A program made the position numbers and the translations under genes. Positions 13,394 to 25,300 of a stretch of 64,000 nucleotides of DNA are shown here, one piece after another; positions within the stretch are counted from its first letter, which is position 1, and every line of letters starts with the position of its first letter. The notes under the pieces were generated by a model. The model had not been told where the DNA came from and did no database searches. It worked only from the letters and a program-made list of their open reading frames with translations. Source of the DNA: Callorhinchus milii (Eukaryota); the NCBI RefSeq assembly GCF_018977255.1, contig NW_024704742.1, positions 95,916,001 to 95,980,000 on the forward strand, read 5' to 3'.

Positions 13394-14999
13394 ATATAAT
13401 TATATCTGTTGGAGTCACCCAATGTTATCTTTATGTTCAATTTAGATTTTAATTTTGAAACTTTTTTTTAAAAAGAAATGTGCAGGGTCAAACATTTTAA
13501 CTCCATTGCATCAGTGCATAATCCTTTATTTACAAGGATGCTGAAAGTCTATTGTGTGACTCATTTAAAAGGAAGTGGCTGGTTTTGCAATATACGTGTT
13601 TATGGCTATAGATCACATATGACCTTGGCATAACATCCAACTGTTAATGAGGCATCTGGCATTTTTACTCGATGAAATCGATTAACCTATTTTATAGTCA
13701 AACCCTGTTATTGGGACTGACAGTACAGCTTCTCTTATCAGGAGTTCATGTTATCTAGGTTTGATCTCATTTACTGAGTATAATGCAGCTTTTGCCAGGA
13801 GAACAGACAAAAGCGTCTTAGAAGGAACGCTCTGAAATAACTGAGTTCTAACCCTGCCAATCAGAGTATTATTTCTCAGTAAAAACCCTCTCTTCCTATT
13901 AGCCAATCCCATTATAATCCTGGTTCAGTGTCACATTGGAAAATTCAATGATGATGCAAGTAGTAGTTAACCAAGTCTGATAATAAAAATCTTAAAAAAA
14001 AGGTTAACAGAGCTAAAGTGGATCATTAAAAATAAACACTTGGCAAGTGTGCTCATGACAGTATACCATTCACCACAACTGAATGATTATGAACAAGCCA
14101 AGATCAATTCTCACAGTTTATGACATTATCCAAAACCCTTGAGCATGTTATTGTCTTGTACCAACATTTCCAGGCATTGTTTATTCCTGTGTAAAGAGCT
14201 TCAACTTTATCACTGTTCACAACTTATACTTTTTCAATATTTCATTGCCCTATAAGGCTTCATAATGTAAATAATAGTAACATACCCCCTTCCCAATTTT
14301 TTTTTGGGGGCGTGGGGGTCGGAGGTGGTGAGGGAATCATCCTTCACAATTACACCAGACCTCTTTTTTTTATTGAGCATGAAGTATAAAACGTTTAACC
14401 TTTTCAAGTGACAGTTAACGATGAGTCGATGGTTTGAGCGGAGAAGGTGCTTGTATTAATGGAGATCAACTGTGTGGAAGAGGCTAAAAACGCATAGCGT
14501 TAAAATTTATAAAATGAAACCAGTTGAATCATATTAAAATAAATCATATTAAACAAAATACAGTCAATTCACTTTATAATATATTCCGTGAAGGGCTTTG
14601 AGACATCACAACGATGTGATCAGATGCTGTATCAAATGCACGGATTATTATTAATAATAAATAAAGGCAGTGAAGGTCCTTTGTGTGGTCCAGAGCCTAT
14701 CTGTACAAGTCTCAGAATTTCAGCTCATTTGGTAGGTTCCTGTGTGCAACGAAGCGCTGTCGAGCCTCTGGAGAACATCACCCCCCGGGAGGGGGGAGTT
14801 CCAAAGAGCGAAAAAAGTGAAGACAAATCGCTGACTCCCAATGCGGAGTATATCCTATGGAGGAGAAGAAAATCCATTTTGAACGTGGGTTTCGCCTTAA
14901 AAGATTATTAATTAGCTATACCTCACGTGAAGGTTTCTTTGCCTGAGCTAATGATCCGGCACCAGCTGTAAATAAACAGTACAAACAGATTTAATGAAC

Positions 15000-16955
15000 G
15001 CGGAGAGAGAACCCCCCGACATAATACCTGCGAAGCATCTGGATGCAATTTTCTAGTAATGCGGCGAAATGAAACCAGACGCGCGCGGCTTTGATGTGCG
15101 CCTTCAACAAAGACACGTCGCTGTGTTCGCGCGGGTTCGGGGCGCGTTAAGACCTCTTTTGCACTGAGAAGGTACTTAGCGGTTCGGTTCCGCATCTGCT
15201 TTTTGCATCGGGGTCGGGAGGGCAGTACACGACAAAGTTCCTTTTTTGGGGGGTTTTATTTTTTTAAATAGTTTTTAAAATATATTCATCGCCTATACCC
15301 CCCCCCAACACACCCCACCCTCCACACACACACACACACTCCCTACATCAACACCCCATCTGAGGAGAACGCATTGATTGCAATAATGCTTATATATATA
15401 TATATATATGTATGTACGTATATCATTTTTTTTAATAAATCATATATCGTCTCCTCAAAGCCGGGAAAATACATATACGTTTCCACAGTCATAAATCATG
15501 GTGCGAAGTAACGGGCCAACAGGGGGGGGGGGGGGGAAGGGACTCCTCCAGCGAGTGCGAAAATAACACACAAAAAAAAACTCCTCGTGAGATGGTGCAT
15601 TTCCACACGGTCATCGTAATTAGTTAACATTCCTCGTCTGGCTTGTGTTTGAGTGGTGGGTGGGACGGCGTGTTGCTGTGTGACTGTGTGTGTGTGTGTT
15701 TGCTCCACAGCCCCACGTTACTTTGATTGACAGGGCCGAGAGCGCGCGCCATTGTCACTCCGTGTCTAAGTGACGTCTCAGCCTCTTCATTCCGCCGACC
15801 CGGGAGGGGCGGGGCAGACAGGCGCCGACACGCCCAGCCCACCGCGGCCGCTCCCCTCCCCCTCCCCCATTGGCCCGCTGTCCCGTCCATCAACGCCGGG
15901 CGCCCGCTGGCTGACGTCTCCGCCCCCCCCCCGCCCCCCCCCCCCCGCCTGGATCCAGACAGACAGCCCGACCGAGCGCGGAGCCTCTCTCCCCGGTTGC
16001 GCGGCGACGTCACAGTCCCATTTGGGAGATTGACAGGCCGCCAGCCCCCGCCCCCTTGCCCGGCCCTGGCCGCCGCCGCCGCCGCCGCCGCCGGGCTCCC
16101 TGATTGGCCGGGCTGCGCGGGGCCGACGTCACGGCCCCACGTGCGGCCCGGGCCGTGATTGGCCGAGAGCGGGAGAGGGGGAGAGAGCCCGGACTGCGCG
16201 TGTCTAAATTTGGTTAGTTATCAGTCTGAGGGAGAGGGGGGGGCGGGGGGACAGAGAGGGAGAAACCGCGTGTTAATGTAACCAGTGTGTGTGTGTGTGG
16301 GGGGAGAGAGAGAGAGAGAAACTGCTACATTGTTTCCCATTGTATTAATTATTATATCCCTTAAAACTTCGTGCATTACAGACAGACACACACACACACG
16401 GTGTCTGCGTTACACACACACACACACGCGCGCACACGCTGTGCCTGTGTGTCGGGGCTTTCTTCTTCTTCTTTCTTTTTTTTTAAAAAAAATCCCCGAC
16501 CGTGGATGTTTCTGCAAGCAACGGAAAGGAAAAGAGGGGGAGGAGAGAGGGAGAGAAGAGAAGAAGAAACCCAAGAAGATTTCCTGGGGCGCCGCGCGAA
16601 TTCCGCCTCGTTGTCCGCAAAAGTGGCAGCTGCTTTTTCCTGCTCCCGCTCCCGCAAGGTTTTGCTGCTCGCGAAAGAGTCGAGCGAGGAGTTGAGCTGG
16701 GACAGCGGAATCTCGCAGCGTGTCTCCTGCTTTATGTAAATATATATATATATTTATCTATAACAGAAGGATCCTTTTTTTTTTGCAGCCAGTGTCGGAA
16801 GATGCTCGTCTGATATCTATAGAGAGAGAGGGAGGGAGAGGGAGAGGGAGGTGTGTGCATTGGAAAGGGCTTTTTTTTTACTTAATGTGCGTTTCTTCAA
16901 GGAAATCCAGCGAGCATTGAGCAGCGGAGCCGAGCGAGCGGTCCCGGAGCGAGCG
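15000..16955 (+). promoter_or_regulatory. CpG-island, TATA-less promoter and 5' leader of TLE1
   Basis: Abrupt rise in GC and CpG against an AT-rich background. GC box GGGGCGGGGC 15806; inverted CCAAT (TGATTGG) 16101 and 16156; CRE-like GACGTC sites 15771, 15912, 16005, 16124; CACGTG 16138; TGATTGACAG 15724; (GCC)n about 16068-16092. Confidence 0.85.
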
Positions 16956-16979
16956 ATGTTTCCCCAGAGCAGACATCCC
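16956..16979 (+). CDS. TLE1: TLE1 (transducin-like enhancer of split 1 / Groucho corepressor) coding exon 1, MFPQSRHP
   Basis: ATG TTT CCC CAG AGC AGA CAT CCC followed by donor gtaagt at 16980. MFPQSRHP is the TLE1 N-terminus (TLE3/TLE4 use MYPQ..). Confidence 0.95.
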
Positions 16980-17048
16980 GTAAGTAAAGGCGAGGAAAAC
17001 CATCGCCCTCTCTTTGTGTCTTGGGACTTTATGGGGGGGTGGCATTCG

Positions 17049-17165
17049 GGGAGGGGGAGAGAGAGAGAGAGAGAAAGAGGGAGAGGGAGAGAGAGAAAGA
17101 GGGAGAGGGAGAGAGAGAAAGAGGGAGAGAGAGAGAGGGAGAGGGGGAGAGAGAAGGGGAAGGGG
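17049..17165 (+). repeat. Pure purine (GA/GGA) tract in intron 1
   Basis: About 115 nt made only of G and A on the + strand. Confidence 0.9.
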
Positions 17166-17366
17166 TTAAAAGTGTGAATTTCTTTTGCTTTTTTAAATTC
17201 CTCCCTCTCTCCCCCCAAAAAATATGTACCAAAACAGCAGAGACGAGGCAGCATCTCTCTCTCTCTCTTTTTATGTAAAACATAGCTATAATCCCGAGTT
17301 TGAGGACCCGAGTTCGAGTCGACCTCTCCACACAGTTGTATTTCCACTCGAGCGCACGTTTTTTTT

Positions 17367-17795
17367 TGTGTGTGTGTGGGGGTCTGTGTGTGTGTGTGTG
17401 TGGGGGGGGGTCTGTGTGTGTGGGGGGTGTGTGTGTGTGTGTGTGGGGGGGGGTCTGTGTGTGTGTGTGGGGGGTCTGTGTGTGTGTGGGGGGGTCTGTG
17501 TGTGTGTGTGGGGGGGGGTCTGTGTGGGGGTGGGGGGGGTGTGTGGGGGGTCGGTGTGTGTGTGTGTGGGGGGGTCGGTGTGTGTTAGTGTGTGTGGGGG
17601 GGGTCTGTGCGTGTGTGTGTGTGTGGGGGGGTCTGTGTGTGTGTGTGGGGGGGGGGGGTCTGTGTGTGTGTGTGTGTGGGGGGGGGTCTGTGTGTGTGTG
17701 TGGGGGGGTCTGTGTGTGTGTGTGGGGGGGTCTGTGTGTGTGTGGGGGGGTCTGTGTGTGTGTGTGTGGGGGGGGTCTGTGTGTGTGTGGGGGGG

Positions 17796-17826
<31 letters not shown>

Positions 17827-17858
17827 GGGGGGGGTCTGTGTGAGGGGGGGGGGGGGGG
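17367..17858 (+). repeat. Compound minisatellite [G(n)-TC-(TG)n], about 18-20 units, in intron 1
   Basis: Directly visible. It generates the spurious VCVCGGG/HTHTPP ORFs. Confidence 0.95.
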
Positions 17859-17879
17859 AGCGGTTTAACTTTTGCTTCA

Positions 17880-18600
17880 AACGGTATCGGCCGAAAGTCT
17901 CCGAAAGTTGAGAGAAAATGTCCCGGTGTCCGTCCTCCGGTCCCTCCGCGGGACCCCCGGAAGGTCCCAGTGGTCAGCGGCTCCCGCGCGGGGGCGGTGC
18001 GGTGCGGGTGCGGTGCGGGTGACCTTTGCCGTCAGTCCGTCCGCGCGCCGCCGTCTTCCCGTCTCATGTGCAATTGTTTTTCGGTGTTTTATCTCTGGAA
18101 TAGCGGTGTCGGGGGGACGGGGGCGATCGCTCGGGGTCTGTGGTTGCATTTAATTTGGGTGTTTTTTCACCCCTCCCCCCCCCCCCCACCCCCCGGTTTC
18201 TCCAGACGCCGCACCAGGCAGCAGCGCAGCCCTTCAAGTTCACCATCCCCGAGTCGCTGGACCGGATTAAAGAGGAGTTCCAGTTCCTGCAGGCGCAGTA
18301 CCACAGGTGAAGCAAAGCCGCCCGTCTGTCTGTCTGTCTCTCTGTCTGTCTGTCTGTCTGCTCGGGGAAGGTGTTTATTTTGTGCCGGTGCAGCCCCAGT
18401 CACCAGTGTTGTTGGTTTGTCTGCGGTAGGTGGGCAGGGCAGGCGGGCAGGGCAGGGCAGGGCAGGACAGGCAGGTGGTGGTGCCCTCCCCCAACCACAC
18501 AGGGGCGCTCTGGTTGCGAGAAGCCTTTGGGCTCTTTTCAAGATCCTCCAAATAAACCTTCACTCACTCTATTTGCATTGAGAGCGCACCGACAGCTTCC
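17880..18600. promoter_or_regulatory. CpG-rich segment continuing the island through intron 1/exon 2
   Basis: Dense CpG and GC content around exon 2, whose codons are strongly GC3-biased compared with exons 3-7. Confidence 0.7.
18206..18306 (+). CDS. TLE1: TLE1 exon 2 (Q domain), [33 protein letters not shown](S)
   Basis: tttctccag acceptor, 101 nt, AG|gtgaag donor. Near identical to the vertebrate TLE1 Q domain. Confidence 0.97.
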
Positions 18601-18994
18601 TCTGGAGTGTCCCAACTTGTGTTTGGCGCCAATTAAAAACAAGAGAGTTGCAGTTAATATACAGTATAACCGTTTCCCGGTACTGTATCAGTCAGTGCAA
18701 AGTGTTTTTTTTTTTAGTTCATGAAAACTCAACAGTACATTTGCGCTGTAGAACCTGATTTAATAGTTGTACGCGAAATGCAATCCGGAACACATCTTTA
18801 ACCGATTATGTCTTTCACTTGAATTGTTTTTATTTTGCCATGACTTATTTTTTTTGGAATCCCACAGCATTCAAAGATTTCCTTTTGATTGTTTTAGAAA
18901 TTCGTGCGTGCGGTCCTTTCCAATTCTCGCACTCATTTTTTTTGTGTGTGTGTGTGTGTGTGAGAGTAATGCTGTACTTTTCTTGTGTTTTCAG

Positions 18995-19058
18995 CCTCAA
19001 GTTGGAATGTGAGAAACTGGCAAGCGAAAAGACAGAAATGCAGCGACACTATGTCATG
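18995..19058 (+). CDS. TLE1: TLE1 exon 3, (S)[21 protein letters not shown]
   Basis: gtgttttcag acceptor, 64 nt, ATG|gtgggt donor. Phase matches exon 2. Confidence 0.97.
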
Positions 19059-19261
19059 GTGGGTTAAACAAGTTCTGGCCAGTTGTCAAAAATGTAAAAT
19101 AAACCACAATTTGCTTTTAGCAAGCAATCCATCTCAACTCGAATTGCAAAGAACAGCATTATAGTTTGGAGGCTTCATATTTAACATAGCATATGTGTCC
19201 TTGTTCGGATTCTCAGTTTAAATCTTTTTGCGCCTAATTGCCTTCTCTTTCTTCTCCACAG

Positions 19262-19306
19262 TATTATGAAATGTCTTATGGATTGAATATTGAAATGCAC
19301 AAACAG
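19262..19306 (+). CDS. TLE1: TLE1 exon 4, YYEMSYGLNIEMHKQ
   Basis: cttctccacag acceptor, 45 nt, CAG|gtaaga donor. Invariant Groucho Q-domain peptide. Confidence 0.97.
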
Positions 19307-22300
19307 GTAAGATTGCATCATCAAATCCATCTTATAAAGCATCTGTGTGGATAATTGGGTCTTAGTTTCCACAAAGCACAGTTTAGCGCATCTCAATTTT
19401 TTAAAGTCCTAAATTTCAAGTTTTGTTATGGAAATGAGGAGTAGAAATTACATTTGTGTATTATACATATTATTGTCACAATTGGGGAATCTTGGTGGAA
19501 TATACATTAAATTATTGTTTATGTATTATTAGCTTATTAGCTGGTACTTCCTTAATAGACTCAAAATATAACTATAGCCTAAGAACAAATGCCTTCTGGT
19601 TATTTTCTAATGTGGACATTGTTTTCTTTAAAACAGGGGCTTTTGTATTTTAGGGTGCTAGTTACAGTCTGGTTCTGTAGGCATGTATTTTCACATGATG
19701 CTTGAATCGGTCTTTGTATGCGAGATGCTATATACAGTAGGCACTTTGATTGGAGACACAAAGACATGGTTGTGCAATTTCTGTAAGCTTTTAAAATAAT
19801 GGGAAGACAAAAGGTGGGTTAGTCAAGACAGTAAGTACATGGGAAGAAAAGCTCAGTGATTGCTCAATGAAATGGCACTTCAATTGTGAATGCTTGTTTG
19901 CCAAAGAAAGCATTAATACCAGGAGTAACACAGGAGACGTGGTGACTTGGGGATTTTGAATCCGTAAGACCGACTGGTCTTTACGATATTGATTTACTGC
20001 TTTAAAACTATTGTTAAATGAACTAGCATAGCAGATGCATCACATATGTGAAGGAATATAAACATCACTTGACGTATTGAACCCTTTTTAATTTGGGTGT
20101 TTTTTGATGGGATCTAACACCTTGAGGCTTAGTATTTGGTGTGTGAGCAAGTCTAATAATTTGATTTAATCTCAAAACAATCTAATGTTCTTTGTGCTGT
20201 TACAAACTTGGATTTTTTCAAAAAGTTTCACATTTATCTTTTGGTCTTATTTTGGAAATCATTTTTTTTGTTCTAGCTGCATTACAATGTAACATTCTGT
20301 GTTGTAGCTTTCAACACGCAAGTGTATTCTGTATATTTAAATTACTGAATTGTTTCCTCTGGAGATTGGAGTTGTGTATTACAGCACAATTGTAAATGGA
20401 AATGTGCATTCAATGGATGAATTTGTTGCTCCACAATTTGAGCTACTATATGTTGCTCTATGGCCTGATCCTGAAGGTCTGATCATAATTCTAAAAAAAA
20501 TCATGTTTGGAAGGGTGTGACTTGGCTGAAATTGATGCATTTGCTGACTGATCACCAGTGTGGCCTAAGTGCTCATTATGTTGTAGAGCGGACCTATGCA
20601 GCTCTCATTACATTTGACAAGAATTCTCTCTAGGGGGAAAACTAGGCTCTGTTGGATTCTAGTAGGCTCAGATTATTCATCCTTTATGGTTTACTCTCAA
20701 AAGTGAATGTTATTTTTCTAAAAAAATGAAAAATAATGTAATGCCATTGTCAGAAAATGCATAACTGTTAAAATATCTCCAGGGCAAGCTTCATCCTTCT
20801 CATGGTTTGTCTCCTGCATTGGCACAGTGCTTGCTCTTTGTGAATACCACCTGCAGGGTTGTAGAGTTGCTAGTAAATGCTTTTATTCAGGCTTCAGTTC
20901 TTTTCATTCATAGTGTAATACCAAATCATGAGAAAGGAAAAGTTCACTTTCCCATAGTTACCCCCTTGAAGAAAACAGGCGCTTTTTGTTTAACGGAATG
21001 GATGGATATTGATTATAATTGGCAGTTGCATATATTGTTTATTTCCCCTTGAGTCTGGTGAGAGAGGGACACTATATTTTCAGTAGGGAAATATTTTGAA
21101 TGTTCCTTGCTTATTTTGCCAATGTAGCATTTAAATGCATCATTTAAGCCTTGAAAAGTTTTCTTGCTTGCTACATTTGTAGTAACAATGTGATAGTCTG
21201 TTACCAGGCAGTAACACATTGACAAATTGAGATAATACCGAAGCTCGAAGTTTAACCTTGCCTCAGATATAAATGCAGCTTTCTGTATATAATAGCAACT
21301 TTTTTTCCCCCTGCACTTAGTGAAGGAGAACAAGTTCTAATGGTTGAATCTTATAAATTGGTGAGAGAAGATACCTGGATTCGATTTACAGAAAGCATTT
21401 CATGGCTCTACATATTGTAATTTTTTCATGTTACCAAATTCAGATGCTTCTTCTTTTTGCCCAACCTCGTACATACAGGGCTAGATTTTGCTAAGCGTAA
21501 ATGAGTAAATTAATGGGTCACACATGTTTGTTCAGTGGTGATGGTGAGAGGAGGCAGATTTATATCATGCAGTGATCTTGATTCAAGTCCAACGTATCAA
21601 CCTGAATAAAACATTACCCATTGTGTTTATCAAATTCCCTTTTTAGTGTTGCTTAACATTTGTCATTATCTAAGCAACCAGTTCATAGTTGTACATTGGC
21701 AGTAGTGGTTTATTCAGTATTTTTCTTTTCCACAAATGTAGAACAATATAAGATTTCACTTATCATAATGTGCTTAGATAAGATTACATGTATAATTTAT
21801 CTGGATATGGTTATGGGAAAATATTTTTCCGTGGTATTTCCCCTTGCAGCCCTGAAACAGGTCTTTCCTAAAAAAAAACAAATGGGCAGAAATACAAGAA
21901 GACAATGAATATCTCCCCAAGTACATCAAGACTATCATCCTAATTGACGGGCACATTTCTTTCACCGTGTTTGTAGAATCTGTCATTGACTGTGCCTGCT
22001 GCCTTTTGTCATCAGTTGTGCTTGTTGGCTCGCTGGTCTTTTACTAGGATGATTCAGGAGATAAAGCTTCCTGTGTCTAAAGAAGGGATTGCTTAGGTGC
22101 AAGATTAAACATGGTTCATGGCAAATAGCCAAAGAAGATTCACCACTGCTAAATCAATTGACATAGTGCTGTGGACCTTTTTTTAGCACTTCCTCTTCAT
22201 CTTACTGTGTGTGTTTCCATCTCTCTTCTCGTCTTTCTTTCCCCCCTACCACCCCCCACTCTTAACACCTGTGTCTTTGCCAACCTGAGAGGACTCCTTT

Positions 22301-25300
22301 GACCTCCAGCAGTGATAGGGGCATTAATATCTCCCTCTTATAACTTTAACTCAAGGTCCAACCAAGCCTTTGCTGCATAATGATACCAGACTTTTTATGT
22401 GAGAGCATAATTCTGTGTACAATAGTCTTCCTGTGTTTTTCAACTCATGGTTGAAGAAGGCAAACTGCTGAAACATTTTGGAGTGCAATCCCTTGATGGA
22501 TAACTTTATGAAGTCTGCTTCAAATTCAGTTTTTAAGCGGCGAGTGGACTGGACTGACCCTTATTGTTTGCCTTCTGCAAAATAAAAATACAACCCGTGT
22601 AAAACTGTTGTGGATATTGGCAGAAGATCATGTAAATTATTGATCTGAATGTGGGATTGAAGAGCAAATAAGTAATCAAAGTTTAATCCTAGCTCTTGAT
22701 ACACAATTTTATTTTTATTTGATCAGAAAAAACGTTGTAATGGTTAGGCCTTCTTCAGTGACCAATACCAATATTTCTTGTAAAAAAAAGAGAGAAATGG
22801 GAAGAAATGCAAAAAGACAACGAATGTCTCTCAAGTTCATCAAGGTTATGATTTAACATCTGTCAGATGTAATGAAGGTTCTCTTCCCCCCCCTCCACCC
22901 ACAAAAAAAACCTAACCTAAATTGGTGTCTGGTGAAAGCTTACGCTGTTATTCGTCTGTGCTGCATTGTTCACATATTGAACTCCTGGTATTTTTTTCTA
23001 CTGGTCCAACGCTGATATCTCAATTTATGTGCAGGTATTTTTAAGACCCATTTAATTTTTTTAATTACAGAGTAGGTCATATCTCTTGTATCTTTGGGTC
23101 TGTTCACTTTATTAGATTTTCATCTCTCTGGTCCTTGGGACGGTTCCCCTGGGTTCTCAAAAGTGCCCGAGTAATTGCTGGTCCTGATACTAGAGATTTT
23201 AATCTCCCTTTTCTCATTAGGTTCAATTGAATTGCTGGAGGGTGCTGTAGGTGACTTGTGTGTTTAATTTTTCTGACACAGTGGTTGCAATCTGTGGTTT
23301 ATAGAACAAAATTTTGCTTTAGCTTTTTTTAAGCAGGATTTGGTTTCATTTTTCTGACTATTGCAGCACAGCTTTTTGTTTTTAAATTGTGACTTTTATT
23401 CAACTACATTTTTTTTCAATCCCTGCTCAACAGCAGTCATGAGTGAACAAGTGCATATTACTGCAACTCCACACGCAGTTTACATCTGATAACACTTAAG
23501 GTTGGCAGAGTGTAAAGAGGTTGTCTGCACTGACAGCAGAATGGGGATTCGAATGTTTGTTTAAGCCTGGCTGTTAACTAGATTGGAACAAGGTACTCTA
23601 ATCATGAAGGTCAACAGCATGTTTTCATTTTGTGAATTGTTACTCAAAAGCCTTGTGCTTGTTTGCATATAGAAGGCTAGAATGAAATGGTAGCTTGACA
23701 TTGAAGGGGTTTTTGATGCACATCCTAATTGCATATTCAGCAGCCACCTCCATTAAGCCACTCACTACTGCCTATTTTGCAGGTGAATGGTTAATGTTCA
23801 GAGTGGAAATATATTTTGAGAAATGTGTCTGGGTATATCTTGTCTATTTACATAGAAAGTAAGGGATGTCTTTAAAATTGTAACGTTTGCCAAAATGTCA
23901 AGCTTATCTATGGGGATTGAAGTGCCTACGATTTGTTTAGTTTATGTGATGTCAGGAGTGAACTAATGTAAATAACATGTTTTGAAAGCTGAAATCATTT
24001 TTTTAAAACTCATTTCAACCAGTCAGTGAAAGGGACACAATAGATATTGCGTTTTTAAAAAGTTAGTAAATAAATTATCAACGGCTCATTGGTGACATAC
24101 TTAAAGAATTAAGATCCATAAAATAATTTAAAATGGCCTTGATAAATGACCTAGAATGCCAGACGTTTGCCTCTTTTTTGTAAGAGCCACTGCTGATAAA
24201 GCATAAAAGTTTATAAAGTGAAGTGTTAATTAAAGGCCTTTGACAAGAGCCAGCGATTCTTGACAGTTGAAGCTTACACCGCTTGTGTATCCTATTGCTG
24301 TCTTGGGTAAACAGTTGCACTTGGCAGATTATCCAGACAGTGACCAGTCACTGTATTGACAAGTACAGACACAATAGGAACTGTATTAGGAGCCTTGCCG
24401 TAGGGATTTGCAGTAAATATATTACAGCACTCAAGTGAATTGCCAATATTGCTTGTTTAGCGTTTTGCAAGGGCAATGGCAGTATGGATTTTTGCATTAA
24501 AAGGGAAAGGTTGTTGGAACACGTTGGTGCTGGCTGAGGATAAATTGACTTGAAAGGATCCAACTGTTGTCTTTGTTATTGGTTGAATTGTGAAAGCCTC
24601 CTTTGGATTGTAGCATTGTTGGTATGGGGGTGGGGGAGTGGAGAAAATGATGAATGCATAGGCCTCAGTTCATTAAAAGCTATAGCTTTTGCTGGACAAT
24701 TATTCTGTAGATTCTTTCCTTGGCATGTTTTTAAGCGTTTATTTACATCAGCAAGTACTCCATAGAAGTGGAGATGCTGTCAAAGGGGGCACTGGATTTT
24801 CCTGGCAGTATTACTTGTTCCTATCCAGCATTTGTTTTACAAATGCACATGGAAGGGAATGGCATCACATAACAAATATCACGGCATCAGTTATTTTATG
24901 AAGTCATCTTGAATATAGTGCGGTGAAGTCATCCATTGGGGAAAATATACTGGATCTCAAGGCAGTCACAAACTAGCAGGGGACTAAGAAGCATCTGATT
25001 TTTTTTCAATGGGTTCCAATGTGGATCTTGCATATGGACACTGGCAGTTTCATTTTATCCCATACCTAACATGATATGATGACTTTTCCTGCAGTGCTGA
25101 ACACCACAGCAAAATTCAGGCACACATACACTTATTTAGCGTACAGCAGCACTTTTGTAAGTTTAAACCCATCCTCAACCCACTGTTGTAATAGGAAAGT
25201 CAGCACAATGAGAAGGTTTTGGAAGCAAGTTTTCAAAGAAAATTGTTGGGTTGTTTTTGAGTGACTTTAATTTGTCCATAAAAGAAGGCTGGCTGTATTA

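Noticed and set aside
15496..16920. Overlapping 60-140 aa ORFs on both strands in the promoter
   Set aside because: Expected in GC-rich CpG-island and microsatellite sequence. No recognisable domain, and many rely on non-ATG starts.
17224..17253. ATG TAC CAA AAC AGC AGA GAC GAG (MYQNSRDE) as an alternative 8-codon first exon resembling MYPQTRHP
   Set aside because: It is followed by gcagca, which is not a credible GT or GC-AG donor, and the similarity is weak.
17029..17911. Long ORFs (283, 214 and 203 aa) rich in HT/PP or VC/GG
   Set aside because: They are translations of the intron-1 G/TG minisatellite, which lacks stop codons by composition.
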